From the NCBI RefSeq assembly GCF_055378805.1, contig NZ_AP041107.1: DNA of 40,000 nucleotides, one strand, 5' to 3'. Each line of letters starts with the position of its first letter. The first letter of the stretch is position 1. Below are positions 29,340-40,000 of this stretch, piece by piece. The position numbers and the translations under genes are program-made. The notes under the pieces are model-generated. The model was not told where the DNA came from and made no database searches. It was given only the letters and a program-made list of their open reading frames with translations.

Positions 29340-30716
29340 TTATCGCATACAAATTCTCGTCAGTTGCTTTAGTTTCAAAATGTTGTCAATTATAACTCGA
29401 TGGCTTTCACTCGAAGTTTCTTTATAGTAGAGTTTCATGTTGCTTTTGAGCGGGTTAGGCACATACATATCTACACACTCTTTTATCACAACTGCTTTTC
29501 GTCTTCTGGGTTCGAGTTGTAGTGATTTGTCTATACAAATCCTTGCCTCTTCAATTCTTTCATTATGAAAATTGACAAGTGCTCTATAGTAGTAGAGAGA
29601 GGCTATATCAGTTGTGTGTATCTTAGCCTGTTCAAATAAGATATGAGATACTTTTGCTTGTCCAGACAGACCAGTTATCAGTCCCATAATAGCTAAAATT
29701 TTTCCATCGACATTGGTTATGTCTGATACATAATGTAAAAGCTCTAATGCTTTTTGAGCAGCAAGTTCAAGTTCATATTTTCCATGAAGTGCCAAAGACA
29801 TATGGCATTCCGCTAGCAGACAATAACATTCTGTTTTTAGCGTCTGTATATCACTTTTATTTTGTAATCCATCAAATATAGTCATAGCCCTGTAAATGCT
29901 TTCAGATGTAAACTCGTAAAGTTCTTTCTTACCAGCCAACAGTTCATCTGATAAATAATGATTCTTGTAACCTTGATCTGATTTAGCTAATCTTACAGAT
30001 CGCTCTGGATTATGTACCGTTTGAAGGATATTATCTATAATAAATTGTGATGTGTTATTTAGTTCATCAACAGGAAGATGATTACTGGCGATGAGGAAAA
30101 GATTTTTAGCGTCGATCAGTTCAATGTATAAAGTTTTCACCGCGTTATTCTGGTTTATTCTTCCTGTAACGAAATAATCTGGCTTGAATCTTCTCAAGAA
30201 TGAATTTTGCGATATGTGATCATTACAAAAATTTGTCGCAGCCATCGGATAGGTATAAAGGCCATCGATTTTTTTATTCGAAATGTTTTGCACTAATTCC
30301 TGATTAAGTATTAATGGATCCAGGGTATTCACTGAAGTGGTGAAAGGAAATATAGCTATGGAATAGTCTGAAGTGTTATCTTCATTTCTTTTAGTTTTGA
30401 AAACCTGTCCACTGAAACGATAACCTTTCCGGTAGATTGTTTCTATGCAACGATCATAGCCAATTTTTTCAAAAATGCAGCGCAAAGAATAGATACATCT
30501 TGTCAGGGACTCGTCACTTACAATAATATTTTTCCATACTGATTCGATGATCATATCTTTCAGGACAACATGACCAGCGGATTCAAGTAATACGATCAAT
30601 ACTCCTAACTCTTTCGGTGGAATATAAATCTGCTCATTTCCTTGAGTAAGAATTCCATCTTCCGTGAGCGTTAATCCCTCAAGAAAATGATATGAAAATT
30701 TATTTTCTAAGTCCAT
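29340..30716 (-). CDS. ygeH: HilA-like transcriptional regulator YgeH (OmpR/ToxR-type winged helix + TPR-like C-terminus)
   Basis: 458 aa with wHTH ([33 protein letters not shown]...[19 protein letters not shown]...[11 protein letters not shown]) and a long helical repeat region. Confidence 0.92.
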   Translation of the reverse strand: MDLENKFSYHFLEGLTLTEDGILTQGNEQIYIPPKELGVLIVLLESAGHVVLKDMIIESVWKNIIVSDESLTRCIYSLRCIFEKIGYDRCIETIYRKGYRFSGQVFKTKRNEDNTSDYSIAIFPFTTSVNTLDPLILNQELVQNISNKKIDGLYTYPMAATNFCNDHISQNSFLRRFKPDYFVTGRINQNNAVKTLYIELIDAKNLFLIASNHLPVDELNNTSQFIIDNILQTVHNPERSVRLAKSDQGYKNHYLSDELLAGKKELYEFTSESIYRAMTIFDGLQNKSDIQTLKTECYCLLAECHMSLALHGKYELELAAQKALELLHYVSDITNVDGKILAIMGLITGLSGQAKVSHILFEQAKIHTTDIASLYYYRALVNFHNERIEEARICIDKSLQLEPRRRKAVVIKECVDMYVPNPLKSNMKLYYKETSSESHRVIIDNILKLKQLTRICMR

Positions 30717-31050
30717 TAGTTAACCTCTATGAAAAAATTGGTTTCTTGCATCCTGCATAAGCAATAGAAATTGTGGCTATTCATATTTATGTGTCATTAA
30801 TGCTATAGGAGTTTACATTCGACATATCTATGGTTGTGTTCACTAATTTATCTTAGGAATTCAGTGATGTAATCTGAAATAGCCTTATTCAATTTTGATA
30901 AAATAGATTGTTCTCTAACGCGTTGAAAAATAATAATTTATAGTGTGTTCTTAACTGTTTTAAGATGTTGATTTAAGAAAACATAAGAGAAGATGGTCAT
31001 AGTGGTTAACTGCACTATAACCAGCAATTTTAACCAAATGATTGTAATGC

Positions 31051-31542
31051 TTAGCCATTATCTTCTGAATTATCGGTTAAGAGTTCAATATATGCCTGCG
31101 CTTTGCTCTTAACACTTTCATCCTCACAATTGTTAATAATATGATAGAAACATTGCATTGCGTTATCGATATTTTTAGCCCCAATTTGACATTGACCCAT
31201 ACGATAAATAACTGAATAGTCATCATACGGGGAGTAATTGTAACTTAGTTTGTAAAGGTCATATGCTTGTTGATATTTCTTTTTTGACTGGCATACTGAT
31301 GCAAAACCTTTTAGATATTCATGATTTTCGAACGCATAAATGCACAGAAATTTATAATAAATTTCTGCGTCCGTTATATTACCTTTTTCATGGTAGTCGA
31401 AAGCATATGCATATATTCTATCAAGGATATCAGGAGTCAATCCATGTAGTAATGCCAGATTTTCTCCTTGTGATAATGCGTGTTTTAGTTGACTTGCCCA
31501 TTCATCACTGTTATTGAATATTTCAAGTGTATCTGTGTTCAT
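31051..31542 (-). CDS. ygeG: Class II T3SS chaperone-like TPR protein (SycD/SicA/IpgC family)
   Basis: 163 aa from the internal ATG (SD AGAGGA upstream). TPR-type sequence YAYAFDYHEKGNITDAEIYYKFLCIYAFENHEYLKGFASVCQSKKKYQQAYDLYKLSYNY... closely follows the SycD pattern. Confidence 0.88.
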   Translation of the reverse strand: MNTDTLEIFNNSDEWASQLKHALSQGENLALLHGLTPDILDRIYAYAFDYHEKGNITDAEIYYKFLCIYAFENHEYLKGFASVCQSKKKYQQAYDLYKLSYNYSPYDDYSVIYRMGQCQIGAKNIDNAMQCFYHIINNCEDESVKSKAQAYIELLTDNSEDNG

Positions 31543-31767
31543 AATATTCCTCTGTGATGTGTTTCGTGATGCTAAATTATTATTAATTGACTCATTATTT
31601 TTTTGCATTTATCTTTTTTGAATTATGAGTTTTAAGCTTGTATTGCTTATGGGTATATTGGTTCATTATTAGTAAAAATACTGACCACTATAAACCAATA
31701 ATGTCATTAGTTGTTTTGCTAATATTCACCTTATTAGTCATCTTATTTACGACATTTCATAAATGCC

Positions 31768-32259
31768 TTAATATGCATGACCTTGATTCATATTATCAAT
31801 TTCCATTTTTTCGATGAAAATTAAAAAGGGGATTTTTGCGAAGGGTAGTAAATCGTCTGGTTTTTTTTCTTTATTATGTCTGGTGACGAGGGGGGATAGA
31901 ACGTCGGTGCATATAGTAGAGAATTTATTCAGGTCTAAATTATTCTCTATTTTGGCCAGTTTTATGAGTTCATTTGTAGCCATACTCATTAAATCATCTG
32001 TTATCGGAAATTTATATATGCTCATAGCCGATAATATTGCTTGCTGAATTATTTCTTCAGAAATATCCGCTATCTTTATTGACAAATCATGTGTTAGATA
32101 TTTTCCTCCAAGAGATTCTTGTTCAATATAATTTAAACCAGACCTCATCGTAATTTTAACTGGATTCACGTATTTCTCTTCATTTTTCTTATTTTTGTTC
32201 TCCTGATCAGGAACTAATGGTTGCAGTGGTAGGCTATTATTAATATTTCGTGGCTTCAT
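31768..32259 (-). CDS. ygeF: Uncharacterised ETT2 protein YgeF
   Basis: 163-aa ORF on the same strand just upstream of ygeG; no domain recognised. Confidence 0.65.
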   Translation of the reverse strand: MKPRNINNSLPLQPLVPDQENKNKKNEEKYVNPVKITMRSGLNYIEQESLGGKYLTHDLSIKIADISEEIIQQAILSAMSIYKFPITDDLMSMATNELIKLAKIENNLDLNKFSTICTDVLSPLVTRHNKEKKPDDLLPFAKIPFLIFIEKMEIDNMNQGHAY

Positions 32260-32565
32260 TTTACATTTCTCTCATTTGATTAGAGCAAAATCCGAATTCG
32301 CAGCTTCTGATAATGTCAAATATCACCTTTTCTCATGCTTTATTCTATCAAAAATCGCTCATTTTTACTTTTTTTACCATAATGTTACCTAGTAGCATCG
32401 GCAATTTACATAACTTACATGTTGTTTTTTATGTCCTGAAAAAACAGATAGATAGTGTGCACACTCGAAATGATATTGGTAACATAAATAGCTTTATTCG
32501 TGACAAACATCTCAAAAGATTTCCTTTATTATTTTCGAAATTCATTTGATCAAGGTTATCACCTT

Positions 32566-32649
32566 ATGGAGACGTTACGTAGAATGACTATATTTGTTAT
32601 CGGCACATTAGGGGTATTAAATTTAGTATTGATGGAAGGTGATTATTGA
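32566..32649 (+). CDS. Candidate 27-aa hydrophobic microprotein
   Basis: ATG...TGA encodes METLRRMTIFVIGTLGVLNLVLMEGDY. Positively charged N-terminus followed by a short hydrophobic stretch; upstream AAGG. Not in the supplied ORF track because of its size. Confidence 0.4.
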   Translation: METLRRMTIFVIGTLGVLNLVLMEGDY

Positions 32650-32688
32650 ACAGTAACATCGAGTCACGGTAAAAATGTGAGGTATATA

Positions 32689-33114
32689 ATGGACATTGAG
32701 TTTTCGCAGATTCATGAAATGGTCTATATGCATGATATTGTAAATTCGGACTCGAAAAAGAAACCAAGGATTCCGTTAAAAAAATTCCTTAATGCTGAGA
32801 AGGTTCTCACGCAAACAACATCATGGGCACTAAATTCAAGATATGTGAATGTTAATTCTGTCAGTAAAGTCAACGTAAAGAGTAAAGTTAAAAACAGTTA
32901 TATCTCACGATCTGTCAATGATGAGTTTAGTTTAACAGATGATGAAATCAATTCTTTTAAAGAAACGTTAGTCCTTTCCTCTATTGATTCTCTAAGTAAA
33001 CTGGTTCTTAATAATCCTCTTTCTGTATTGTTTACATCGACTGTACGAAGGAATAATAATAGAGCTAAGATGAATGTTGAGTTCGACTCATGGATTTGCA
33101 CCAGATGTTGTTGA
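32689..33114 (+). CDS. yqeK: Uncharacterised ETT2 protein YqeK
   Basis: 141 aa from the ATG at 32689 with SD-like GAGG upstream. Basic/serine-rich, ends ..SWICTRCC. Confidence 0.7.
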   Translation: MDIEFSQIHEMVYMHDIVNSDSKKKPRIPLKKFLNAEKVLTQTTSWALNSRYVNVNSVSKVNVKSKVKNSYISRSVNDEFSLTDDEINSFKETLVLSSIDSLSKLVLNNPLSVLFTSTVRRNNNRAKMNVEFDSWICTRCC

Positions 33115-33262
33115 TACATGATATTTTACATTGCAAGGTGATATCTAAAATGAAAGATGTTGATCAAAACTTTGATGCTTTATACTGGCATATACTACAA
33201 GCATATTTAATTTTATTGTTTTATGATTAACGAGGTTCCATCTTTTTGTTATCTATTTAAGT

Positions 33263-33745
33263 TTACCTTGCACAATGCATTATTGCTCTGTTACCAATAC
33301 TCAAAATAAAAGCATGCTTACCTTGCTTTAGTATATTATAGCTTACACTTTTTTCTGGAAAGACATAAAAATCAGGAATAAGTTCTGCAAGTCTATCATC
33401 ATCGACTTGATCCATGATCTCAAATTTATTAACTTTCTTTGATGTTAAATGGGCTGTGTCATAGTTTTCAATCCATGTGTATTCAATATTTCGCCGTATT
33501 GACTTACTTTCTCTGTTACCCTGTTGCCAGGTTCCGCTCAACGCAACAGTTCCTGTTTTATTTTTTTTGTTATACATAAAGTCGATGGTAAGATTTGCTC
33601 GCCCCTTGTCATTAAAAATTACCCAATTTGCAGTGCATGTTTCATTATATATCATTTTTTCTGCAGTATAAGAGTAAACAATGAAGAGAATAAACCCACT
33701 GATAAAAACTAAAATAAATAATAAGTTTTTTTTATAATCAATCAC
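33263..33745 (-). CDS. yqeJ: Membrane-anchored FidL-like protein YqeJ
   Basis: 160 aa from the GTG at 33745 (GAGG SD). N-terminal TM (NLLFILVFISGFILFIVYSY) and a periplasmic domain. Overlaps the yqeI 3' end. Confidence 0.85.
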   Translation of the reverse strand: MIDYKKNLLFILVFISGFILFIVYSYTAEKMIYNETCTANWVIFNDKGRANLTIDFMYNKKNKTGTVALSGTWQQGNRESKSIRRNIEYTWIENYDTAHLTSKKVNKFEIMDQVDDDRLAELIPDFYVFPEKSVSYNILKQGKHAFILSIGNRAIMHCAR

Positions 33746-34547
33746 GATTAACCTCACGGTAAGACAGGGTTAAACAGCCTGCCACTTCATGTTGGTTATA
33801 GTTTTTATTGCATGCCATAACAATCATCCCTGGTGAGGATTTTGCAAGAGGGAAGTATAACCACGGATATTTTTTACAGTTAATCCCCGAATCCAGTATC
33901 CGTGTCTTATATTTATCGAACTCTTTCAACCCATCAATTGTATCTTCTGTCACATTAAAATGGCAGCCATTAATTTCCGCAACAGTCTTGTAATCCTTGA
34001 AGAATGGCTTCGGTTGATTATTATTCCATAGCCAATGTGCAGAATATACGCCTATAGCAAATATGCTCAACATAATTAGATAACTTTTTATATGTTTGAG
34101 GATTTTGTTATTGAAATTGTTTGCGCCACTAATGCTCTCTTTGTACCCCGCATTACCTTTTACGGCAGGTGGGGCATTGTGTGTATGTGCGTCTGTTGAA
34201 GAGTTTATTGCATGATTTTGTATGTTAATGTCATTATGAATCTTGAATCCTCTTCTCGGCACGGTTGCAATAAGCGAGTGGGTGGTATCACCAACAGCGC
34301 GAAATCCGCGTCTGATAATGGATATGTTCTGATATAACGTGTTAGTTGGCACACGCATACCTTCTTCTTCCCAGACTCTGGTGAAAAAATCTTGTTGTGC
34401 AACCACATCAGGAAAAGCTTCAAGTAGAAGTGATAAACAACGACTGGCTGGCGTTGTCAGAACGACGTTAAGATCGGCGTTATGTACCGATATTAATTTT
34501 CGGTGCTCAGGCCAGAACTCGATATTATCGTTAATAATCCAGTACAT
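33738..34547 (-). CDS. yqeI: Membrane-bound ToxR/CadC-type transcriptional regulator YqeI
   Basis: 269 aa: N-terminal winged helix (VPTNTLYQNISIIRRGFRAVGDTTHSLIATVPRRGFKI), a TM segment (HIKSYLIMLSIFAIGVYSAHWLW), and a C-terminal periplasmic domain. Confidence 0.92.
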   Translation of the reverse strand: MYWIINDNIEFWPEHRKLISVHNADLNVVLTTPASRCLSLLLEAFPDVVAQQDFFTRVWEEEGMRVPTNTLYQNISIIRRGFRAVGDTTHSLIATVPRRGFKIHNDINIQNHAINSSTDAHTHNAPPAVKGNAGYKESISGANNFNNKILKHIKSYLIMLSIFAIGVYSAHWLWNNNQPKPFFKDYKTVAEINGCHFNVTEDTIDGLKEFDKYKTRILDSGINCKKYPWLYFPLAKSSPGMIVMACNKNYNQHEVAGCLTLSYREVNRD

Positions 34548-34597
34548 ACGTCAATAGACACTAAATCAATCGAAATGGAAATCACATAGTTTGCTAA

Positions 34598-35792
<1,195 letters not shown>

Positions 35793-36079
35793 CTAAGTAT
35801 ATTGGTATTTACGGCATAAATATATATTAATTTTATATTTATCATAATGATTGAAATGAGGCTTTAATGTCGCAACCTAAAACTTTACGTAAATTAACAT
35901 GATTAACATTTATGCCACTATTGTTTGTAAATTCATATTTCGTAATGCTTCTGAATTTTTCGTGTGATGGTTTTAAATACCATGTTGTTTACTCTTGGGG
36001 TTACTGCTTATTTGTAAAATACGGGCATTTCAATAGATGCCCGTATAAGCAGAGTATGATTCTGGCAGATTATTGAGTA

Positions 36080-36712
36080 TCAATGTTGGACCGAATGTGA
36101 ACGAATAAATAACTCGTTTATTTTACCACCCATTCTCTTTTCGATTCGTTGCTTGTACGCGTAGATGCTACGGATATCCATATCCAGAACTTCAGCAATC
36201 TGATATGGATTATAACCAGAAACCATATACCCCATTATGGTGAATTCCATCTGAGTTAATGTGTTCCCTCTGGTAAATGATAAATAACGACCAATAAATA
36301 GTTGTCTGATCTTTTCGTTGGCAACATCAAGACCATCATCATTATATATGACAGCAGATATTGCAGAGTTGTGTTTTCGCCAGTAGTTAGCTAACGATTG
36401 CATATTTCGGTCGCTGACTAAAACAATCCCCATGTCAGTACTTGCAAGATAGTCAATCCAGTCTTTTTCAAGGAATAGACGTAAAAAACTTACTGAAAAA
36501 TCGACAAAAATATATCCGCTTAATCTCGCATTGTGGTTTTTTGTTAAAATACCTTCCACCACACCACGATTAAAATATGAACTTTCTTCGGGCCACATAC
36601 AAAAACACGAGTTTGCGCAATACTGCAAACGCGGTGACTCTTCTGGCATTATTTGGCAATGCATTGAGCAACTATTGCATGTAAGACTTTTATAACGACT
36701 ACAAAGCCCCAT
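36080..36712 (-). CDS. yqeH: LuxR-type HTH regulator YqeH
   Basis: 210 aa from Met21 of the track ORF, with a strong GGGAGG SD in front. C-terminal HTH (LTQMEFTIMGYMVSGYNPYQIAEVLDMDIRSIYAYKQRIEKRMG). Confidence 0.88.
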   Translation of the reverse strand: MGLCSRYKSLTCNSCSMHCQIMPEESPRLQYCANSCFCMWPEESSYFNRGVVEGILTKNHNARLSGYIFVDFSVSFLRLFLEKDWIDYLASTDMGIVLVSDRNMQSLANYWRKHNSAISAVIYNDDGLDVANEKIRQLFIGRYLSFTRGNTLTQMEFTIMGYMVSGYNPYQIAEVLDMDIRSIYAYKQRIEKRMGGKINELFIRSHSVQH

Positions 36713-37127
36713 GTTAAGAACCTCCCTATCCGTATATAATTGCATAATTTCATTGGTTATTGATGATGTCAATACACCATGATTTTGTAAATTTGCTGGG
36801 AAAAATTGCGATTAATCTGAATTTGCTATAATTCTGAGTAAAGCATTTAAAAATGCATTTCTCGTTATTAAATATGATTATGTTTCACTGATTTAATCTT
36901 ACCTGGTTGATGGTGGTTCAGATAACTATCTCATGGTATGAGAATATCTATATCGCAAATTGTTTTTGAATGACCAGAAGATATCTTGCGAATCTAAGTT
37001 ATGCATCTTAAATAGTCTTATTTAAGATGTTCAGATCTCTTTGTGTGTTTAACTAACTGATAATACTAGGATATGACGAGAGAAGTGATAGAGCGGAATT
37101 ATAACAAATGAACATTATGAAAACTGG

Positions 37128-37160
37128 AATGGTTCAAAATTGTAGCAATTTTGAACCATT
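37128..37160. other. Perfect 15-bp stem, 3-nt loop hairpin downstream of yqeG
   Basis: AATGGTTCAAAATTG-TAG-CAATTTTGAACCATT, 11 bp beyond the yqeG stop codon. Confidence 0.6.
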
Positions 37161-37171
37161 CACAATGGATA

Positions 37172-38401
37172 TTAGCTAAAGAACATTACCGATACGCACA
37201 AGATACCCACGATCAGCGTAATCAGATTTCCGATGGAACGCCAGGGTTTAAGCGCCGGGATGAGATACGTTGACAGCGTAGGCATGATGAAAAGTATCAT
37301 GGCAATGAGCGGGCCGCTGATCGCGTAAATCATCGAAATCGCGTTCGGGTTAATGCAACAAACAATGAAGGTAATCAGCGATACCAACATAATTGATAGT
37401 GCGCGGTTAAATGCACGACTTTTCTTTACACCAACCTGCTGTAGTGTTGTTTTGACGACCTCTGTGGCACCTTCAATAACGCCAAAGTACGTACCCAGGA
37501 ATGATTTCGACATCGCAACTACTGCGACAATAATCCCGGAAATTGACAACCATGCTGGGGCGTTCGGCAGCATAGAAAGCGCCGATAAAATGGTAACCCC
37601 TTCTTCTTTAGCCGCTTCAATATACGAAGGTGGAATAGAAAGCAGGCAGCTAAAGACAAAGAACAGTACACTTATGCAGATGATGAGATAAGCGACTTTC
37701 ATAATTTTTTTGCATTTATCCATAGCATGTTCGCCATATTTTTCACGTCTGTCTATGGCAAACGTAGAAATAATGGGCGTATGGCTAAAGGCGAAAACCA
37801 TCACGGGAATCGATATCCATATCTGGTGAAGGGTATTCTGATTGAACTCTATCTGGGTAGTTAATAGATCAGGTTGCCAACTACCGACCAGGTAAATAGA
37901 AAGAAATAAGAAATAGGCAATCAATGGGAATACCAAAAATCCCATTACCCGAATAGTGGCATGGCGTCCCATCAGAAAAATGAGATTCAGGATTAATACA
38001 ACACCCAGACTCACCAACATACGGATGCGAAGATCAATAACCATATGCTTTGCCAGCTGTTCCGTAAGTGAGTTGGTAATTGCCACGGCATATATCAACA
38101 CGACGACAAAAAAGGCGATGAAGTACAGCGTGGTAATCAGATTACCAATCTTCTTGCCATAGTAGTGTGTTACCGCGCCCGTTATCCCTTCACCTGCTGA
38201 TGTTTTTGATGAGAGGATGAACTGGCATAAGGCTTTATGTGGCCAATATGTTAAAGGCCAGGCGACCAGAGCAGTAATAAACAGGACCACAGCCCCTGCC
38301 GAACCTAACTGAATAGGAAGGAAGAGCGTGCCTGCACCAACGGCTGTGCCGTAGAGCGCGAAACTCCACAGAGTTTCTTCTTTTGACCAAATATTAGACA
38401 T
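37172..38401 (-). CDS. yqeG: HAAAP/STP-family amino acid transporter YqeG (SdaC/TdcC-like)
   Basis: 409 aa, 11-12 TM segments, SdaC-like (WSKEETLWSFALYGTAVGAGTLFLPIQLG). Confidence 0.93.
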   Translation of the reverse strand: MSNIWSKEETLWSFALYGTAVGAGTLFLPIQLGSAGAVVLFITALVAWPLTYWPHKALCQFILSSKTSAGEGITGAVTHYYGKKIGNLITTLYFIAFFVVVLIYAVAITNSLTEQLAKHMVIDLRIRMLVSLGVVLILNLIFLMGRHATIRVMGFLVFPLIAYFLFLSIYLVGSWQPDLLTTQIEFNQNTLHQIWISIPVMVFAFSHTPIISTFAIDRREKYGEHAMDKCKKIMKVAYLIICISVLFFVFSCLLSIPPSYIEAAKEEGVTILSALSMLPNAPAWLSISGIIVAVVAMSKSFLGTYFGVIEGATEVVKTTLQQVGVKKSRAFNRALSIMLVSLITFIVCCINPNAISMIYAISGPLIAMILFIMPTLSTYLIPALKPWRSIGNLITLIVGILCVSVMFFS

Positions 38402-38653
38402 TATCTGAACGTATCATCTACAAATTAAACAAATTGGAGGGCAATTTACCATAAACCAGGTTAAGTATGGGAGATTAACGCCCTTTCTACCTCTCTATTG
38501 GTGGGTTAGTGGTTGCAAACCTTACGTGCCAGTTATGTCTCTGACTGCTGGTCAGGCGTATTCCCTTTGTGATAAAAATCACTTTTTTTTAAACAATTAA
38601 GATAACTGTAATTAACAATCATTTACTATTGCACTGTTAATTGGTGCGAGGTT

Positions 38654-39838
38654 GTGATGAAAGACGTTGTGATTGTCGGGGCGTTACGGACACCTATCGG
38701 CTGCTTTCGTGGTGCGTTAGCGGGTCATTCCGCCGTGGAACTTGGCAGCCTGGTCGTGAAAGCATTAATAGAACGTACCGGTGTTTCTGAATATGCGGTG
38801 GATGAAGTGATTCTTGGTCAGGTGTTGACTGCAGGGGCAGGGCAGAATCCGGCAAGGCAATCGGCTATTAAAGGTGGTCTTCCTAACAGCGTTTCTGCAA
38901 TCACGATTAATGACGTTTGCGGTTCCGGGCTTAAAGCACTGCATCTGGCTACTCAGGCGATACAGTGTGGCGAGGCTGATATTGTCATCGCCGGTGGTCA
39001 GGAAAACATGAGTCGCGCACCACATGTTCTGACTGATAGCCGCACCGGTGCACAGCTTGGCAATAGCCAGTTGGTTGATAGTCTTGTGCACGATGGGTTG
39101 TGGGATGCCTTCAATGATTATCATATTGGTGTCACCGCCGAAAATCTGGCTCGCGAATATGGCATCAGCCGTCAGTTGCAGGATGCTTACGCACTTAGCT
39201 CGCAACAAAAAGCGCGAGCGGCGATTGACGCCGGACGATTTAAAGATGAGATCGTCCCGGTAATGACCCAAAGTAACGGTCAGACGTTGGTTGTAGATAC
39301 CGATGAACAGCCACGCACTGACGCCAGTGCAGAAGGCTTAGCCCGTTTAAATCCTTCATTTGATAGTCTCGGCTCTGTGACAGCGGGTAATGCATCATCC
39401 ATAAACGATGGCGCAGCTGCAGTAATGATGATGAGCGAAGCCAAAGCACGAGCGTTGAATTTACCCGTGCTGGCCCGCATCCGCGCATTTGCCAGCGTTG
39501 GTGTAGATCCGGCATTGATGGGAATTGCGCCGGTGTATGCGACCCGCCGTTGCCTGGAGCGTGTTGGCTGGCAGTTGGCTGATGTCGATCTTATCGAGGC
39601 TAATGAAGCGTTTGCTGCACAGGCGCTTTCGGTTGGCAAGATGCTTGAATGGGATGAGCGTCGGGTCAATGTCAATGGTGGCGCGATCGCACTCGGTCAC
39701 CCAATAGGCGCTTCCGGTTGCCGAATCCTCGTTTCTCTGGTTCATGAAATGGTGAAACGTAATGCCCGCAAAGGACTGGCTACGCTTTGTATCGGCGGGG
39801 GCCAGGGCGTGGCATTGACCATTGAACGTGACGAATAG
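38654..39838 (+). CDS. yqeF: Acetyl-CoA acetyltransferase (thiolase) YqeF
   Basis: 394 aa with thiolase motifs NDVCGSGLKALHLATQAI, GGQENMSRAPH, NVNGGAIALGHPIGASGCRI and CIGGGQGVA. Confidence 0.95.
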   Translation: MMKDVVIVGALRTPIGCFRGALAGHSAVELGSLVVKALIERTGVSEYAVDEVILGQVLTAGAGQNPARQSAIKGGLPNSVSAITINDVCGSGLKALHLATQAIQCGEADIVIAGGQENMSRAPHVLTDSRTGAQLGNSQLVDSLVHDGLWDAFNDYHIGVTAENLAREYGISRQLQDAYALSSQQKARAAIDAGRFKDEIVPVMTQSNGQTLVVDTDEQPRTDASAEGLARLNPSFDSLGSVTAGNASSINDGAAAVMMMSEAKARALNLPVLARIRAFASVGVDPALMGIAPVYATRRCLERVGWQLADVDLIEANEAFAAQALSVGKMLEWDERRVNVNGGAIALGHPIGASGCRILVSLVHEMVKRNARKGLATLCIGGGQGVALTIERDE

Positions 39839-40000
39839 CTCTGCATTTCCTCCTTACCGATAAATATCAGCCGTCATCAATCTGTTGAATAATGGTGGCT
39901 GGCGAGTCGACATACATTTTCAGGGCTCCCTGATTTTTCCATTTTCATGACATATTCGTGATCGACACTGCACTTTTTTCAGTCCTTAACTTAAAAAATG

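Noticed and set aside
29340-30716. Possibility that this HilA-like regulator is EilA
   Set aside because: EilA is associated with a different, selC-linked locus. Position next to the pbl/ygeI/ygeG genes and the 458-aa length fit YgeH.
31240-31560. Low-complexity AT-rich intergenic stretches around ygeG/ygeF considered for CRISPR or tandem repeats
   Set aside because: No regularly spaced identical repeats found here or elsewhere in the window; no cas genes.
32313-32549. 78-aa ORF between ygeF and yqeK
   Set aside because: Phe/Ile-rich translation of AT-rich DNA without a convincing RBS; probably non-coding regulatory space between divergent ygeF and yqeK.

Overview
The window is an E. coli-type chromosomal segment carrying a nearly complete ETT2 island (E. 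coli type III secretion system 2, SPI-1/Inv-Spa-Prg-like) next to the tRNA-Gly(CCC) gene glyU. In order it contains: ygeV (sigma-54 activator); xdhCBA (minus strand); ygeR/actS (LysM + LytM lipoprotein); glyU; a secreted glycosidase-like gene; a tiny GhoT/OrtT-like two-TM protein; eivF-G-E-A-C-I-J; epaO split by an IS903-type element; epaP-Q-R-S; a divergent etrA plus InvH-like pilotin pair; eprH-I-J-K plus OrgA/OrgB homologues; ygeK; an IagB/pbl lytic transglycosylase; ygeI; ygeH (HilA-like); ygeG (SycD/SicA-like chaperone); ygeF; yqeK; yqeJ/yqeI (FidL-like/ToxR-like); a complete IS5; yqeH; yqeG; and yqeF. I do not see an undescribed defence or mobile system; this is a known secretion locus. 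The points most worth a second look are: (i) a 1057-bp IS903-type insertion whose 9-bp target duplication lies on the Shine-Dalgarno sequence of a probable internal EpaO-short start, so full-length EpaO is lost but the short isoform may survive; (ii) an apparently orphan GhoT/OrtT-like membrane toxin candidate at the island edge; (iii) an InvH-like pilotin ORF directly behind the LuxR-type regulator; (iv) a degenerate receiver domain in the intact YgeK; (v) an IS5 placed right upstream of the ToxR-like regulator yqeI; and (vi) an orphan class II-like chaperone with no translocon genes. All homology statements come from reading the sequences, not from database searches.
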